From the NCBI GenBank assembly GCA_950097015.1, contig CATNEN010000001.1, forward strand, positions 23,312,001-23,376,000: 64,000 nucleotides of DNA. The letters run 5' to 3'. Of this stretch, positions 61,709 through 64,000 are shown one piece after another. Origin of the DNA: Macrostomum hystrix. Lineage: Eukaryota > Animalia > Platyhelminthes. Under the pieces are notes generated by a model, which saw nothing but the letters and a program-made list of their open reading frames with translations, had not been told where the DNA came from and searched no databases. The position numbers and the translations under genes were made by a program. Position 1 is the stretch's first letter; each line of letters starts with the position of its first letter.

Positions 61709-63215
61709 ATGTCCGCGGTCAACTCCTGGTTGCGGTTCGCCGCTACAGCAACCGTCTGCCTGCTGCTGCACTTCCGCAGCAGCGACCTCTCCACCGCGGC
61801 CAGCAGCGTCACTTCACTGACGGCCTCTGCCGTGGGCGCCTCTTCACCCGACGTCGACAAGGTGGTTCTGGACGGCGATATCCTTCTAGGTGGCCTGTTC
61901 CCCATCCACAGCAGCGCCGACACTGGCGAGACCCGCTGCGGCCGGATGGACAGCCACCGCGGCATTCAGCGCATGGAGGCCATGATCTTCACCTTGCTTG
62001 AGATCAACGCGAACCGGAGCTACCTAAACTACGGCAAGCACACCATCAACCTCGGCGGCCTTCTGTTCGACACCTGCTCCAAGGAGACCTACGCTCTGGA
62101 GAAGGCGCTCGAGTTTGTCAAGAACTCGCTCACTCACGAGTACGATGGCGAGTTCGTCTGCCAGTACCCGAACGGGACGCAGCTGCCAGCCCTCCGGTCC
62201 AGCAGTCGAAAGCACTCGAAGAAGCCAATCCGGGGAGTGGTGGGCGGCGCCTACAGCCAGGTGTCCATCCAGGTGGCTAACCTGCTGCGCCTGTTCTCCA
62301 TTCCGCAGATCAGCTACGCTTCAACTTCCGCTGCCCTCGGCGATAAAAACCGATTCGAGTACTTTGCCCGAACCCTGCCATCTGACACCCAGCAGGCGAA
62401 AGCGCTGGCCGACATTGTGAACTACTTCAACTGGACCTTCGTGTCGACAGTGTTCAGCAAGGGCGACTACGGTGAGGGCGGTATTCAGAGCTTCGAGAAC
62501 GAAGTTGACAAGCTGAGCGTGTGCATCGCAGAGAGACTGCTCATCAACCTGGAGCCCACCAAGGACGAGCTGGACATCATCGTGGAGAGGCTGCAGAGCC
62601 AGCCGCGAGCTCGCGTTGTGGTCATGTTCACCCGCGAGGACCACACGGAGAAGTTTCTGGACGCTGTCAGGCGAGCTAATGTCACGAACAAATTCGTGTG
62701 GATCTCAGCAGATGGCTGGGGCAAGAGCTACCTCCCAGTCACCAACAACACCTTGGTTGCCAGCGGCGCCCTGACCCTGGAAATCTCGGCTGGCGAGATC
62801 CCGAACTTCAACAGGTATTACACTGGCCTGAAGCCTGGCCAGCTGCGTCACTCGACGCCAACGAATTTCAGCTTCACCAATCCGTTTTTCGACGAGTACT
62901 GGCAGCTGAAGTTTGACTGTCACTTCGCCGGGGGAGCCGGTGGACCGCATGGGGCCAGCAAGAAGGTGTGCGCCAAGAATCTTGCCATCGAGGCCGACAA
63001 GTTCAAGCAGGAGCCGAAGGTGCCGTTCGTCTACGACGCTGTGTACACCTTCGCCAACGGGCTCAGGAAGGTGAGGGACCTTGTCTGCTCAAAGCAGCCA
63101 GACCACGTGGACACCAAAGCAACAGATTTGTTCGCTTCGTGCGTTAGAAACATCAGCGCCTTCTCGGGCAAGGATTTCTACAACATCCTGATCAGCGAGG
63201 AGAACTTCTTTGTCA
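61709..63215 (+). CDS. GRM: Metabotropic glutamate receptor (class C GPCR), first coding exon (signal peptide + Venus flytrap domain); gene continues beyond the window
   Basis: GDILLGGLFPIH, RGIQRMEAM, DTCS, GGAYSQVSIQVANLLRLFSIPQISYASTS, FARTLPSD, GDYGE.G, ADGWG, QEPKVPFVYDAVY; glutamate-contacting R/S/T/D/Y/D/K positions all present; donor GTGAGT at 63216. Confidence 0.93.
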
Positions 63216-63246
63216 GTGAGTGGTCAAAAGCTCCGTTTTGTGTTCT

Positions 63247-63566
63247 TAATAATTGCAGGAGGGCTGCGGGCAATGGCACATCATTTAACGATACTAGACC
63301 TGCAGCCATCGAGGAGGCAATTCTGCCCATTTCGCTGATTCCTGAGCACATTCGCACACTGATACTGTACGCAGACTTTTTTCGTCAGGCAGTGTACATT
63401 TCACTGTTCCTTAGAGTTAGGCCCTCAAGGGCGTAAATTGCACGACAAGCCCCCAAGCCTTCTCTCCGCGGCTGCGCCCCAAATAAATGTGGCCTCGCCG
63501 CGGAATCGAACTTAGGGACCTTGGCGCGAGAGGCAAACGCGTTAACCGCTCTGCCACCGACCCCCC
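63247..63566 (-). mobile_element. Full-length tRNA-derived SINE, family B
   Basis: Minus strand GGGGGTCGGTGGCAGAGCGG (A-box) ... AGTTCGATTCC (B-box), followed by the body shared with the 34690 and 56320 copies. Confidence 0.85.
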
Positions 63567-64000
63567 TGCATTGTTTTCTTAGTTGTTATTGATCCGAATT
63601 CTGCTTACTGAATGAACGCCCACTGAATAGACTGAAGCGATTGGGAATTTTGTGTCATGCTCAAAGACACGTTTTTTGCACCAAGATTCGAACTCCTGAA
63701 CGCTCTAACCGCTGGGCAAAAATGCTAGAAATAGTTTTTTTATTCCCTCGAGCTCTGGCTGGGATGAACTTTGGTCCCGGCTGCTGAACTGGCGGGGATG
63801 AAGTCGAGGAGTCGGAACAAAAAACGATTCAACAAAACATTCTTCTGGTCCGCTTGGCCAAGTCTACTCAGCAGTGTGTTAAAGAATTCACGATGGGGCT
63901 GAGCTGAGACTGAGACACATAAACTCAACAGCAGTGACTGAACCAGAGAATTTTGGCTTCAAGTCTCCTAGTACGCAAAATTTACCTCCCATACCAGCCT

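Noticed and set aside
63216-63436. C-terminal part of the 575-aa mGluR ORF
   Set aside because: Intron read-through past the GTGAGT donor into an antisense SINE

Overview
Eukaryotic (metazoan) genomic DNA with GT-AG introns. The GC-rich exons and minisatellite-filled introns resemble a free-living flatworm such as Macrostomum, but this is an inference. The first ~30 kb is a nested transposon field: decayed CACTA/EnSpm-like and MULE/NOF-like transposase fragments, a truncated I-group LINE, a LOA/R1-like LINE 3' end next to ankyrin and PWWP fragments, MITEs and tRNA-derived SINEs. It also holds a full-length Gypsy LTR retrotransposon (21066-29557, minus strand; CCAG target-site duplication, tRNA-His primer site, near-identical LTRs) inserted into an RTE LINE. 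Between integrase and the 3' LTR this Gypsy carries two extra ORFs; one is a TatD-family TIM-barrel homolog whose metal ligands are mostly replaced, which is the most unusual item here. The second half holds four + strand host genes: epsin (7 coding exons, 572 aa), a SAMD1/atherin-like winged-helix + SAM protein (534 aa), axonemal dynein intermediate chain 2 (6 exons, 623 aa) and the first coding exon of a metabotropic glutamate receptor. About 65% of the epsin span is six unrelated tandem arrays, several abutting splice sites. One array is ~107 copies of a SINE Pol III A-box and another repeats a splice-donor consensus. All calls are by eye; no database searches were run.
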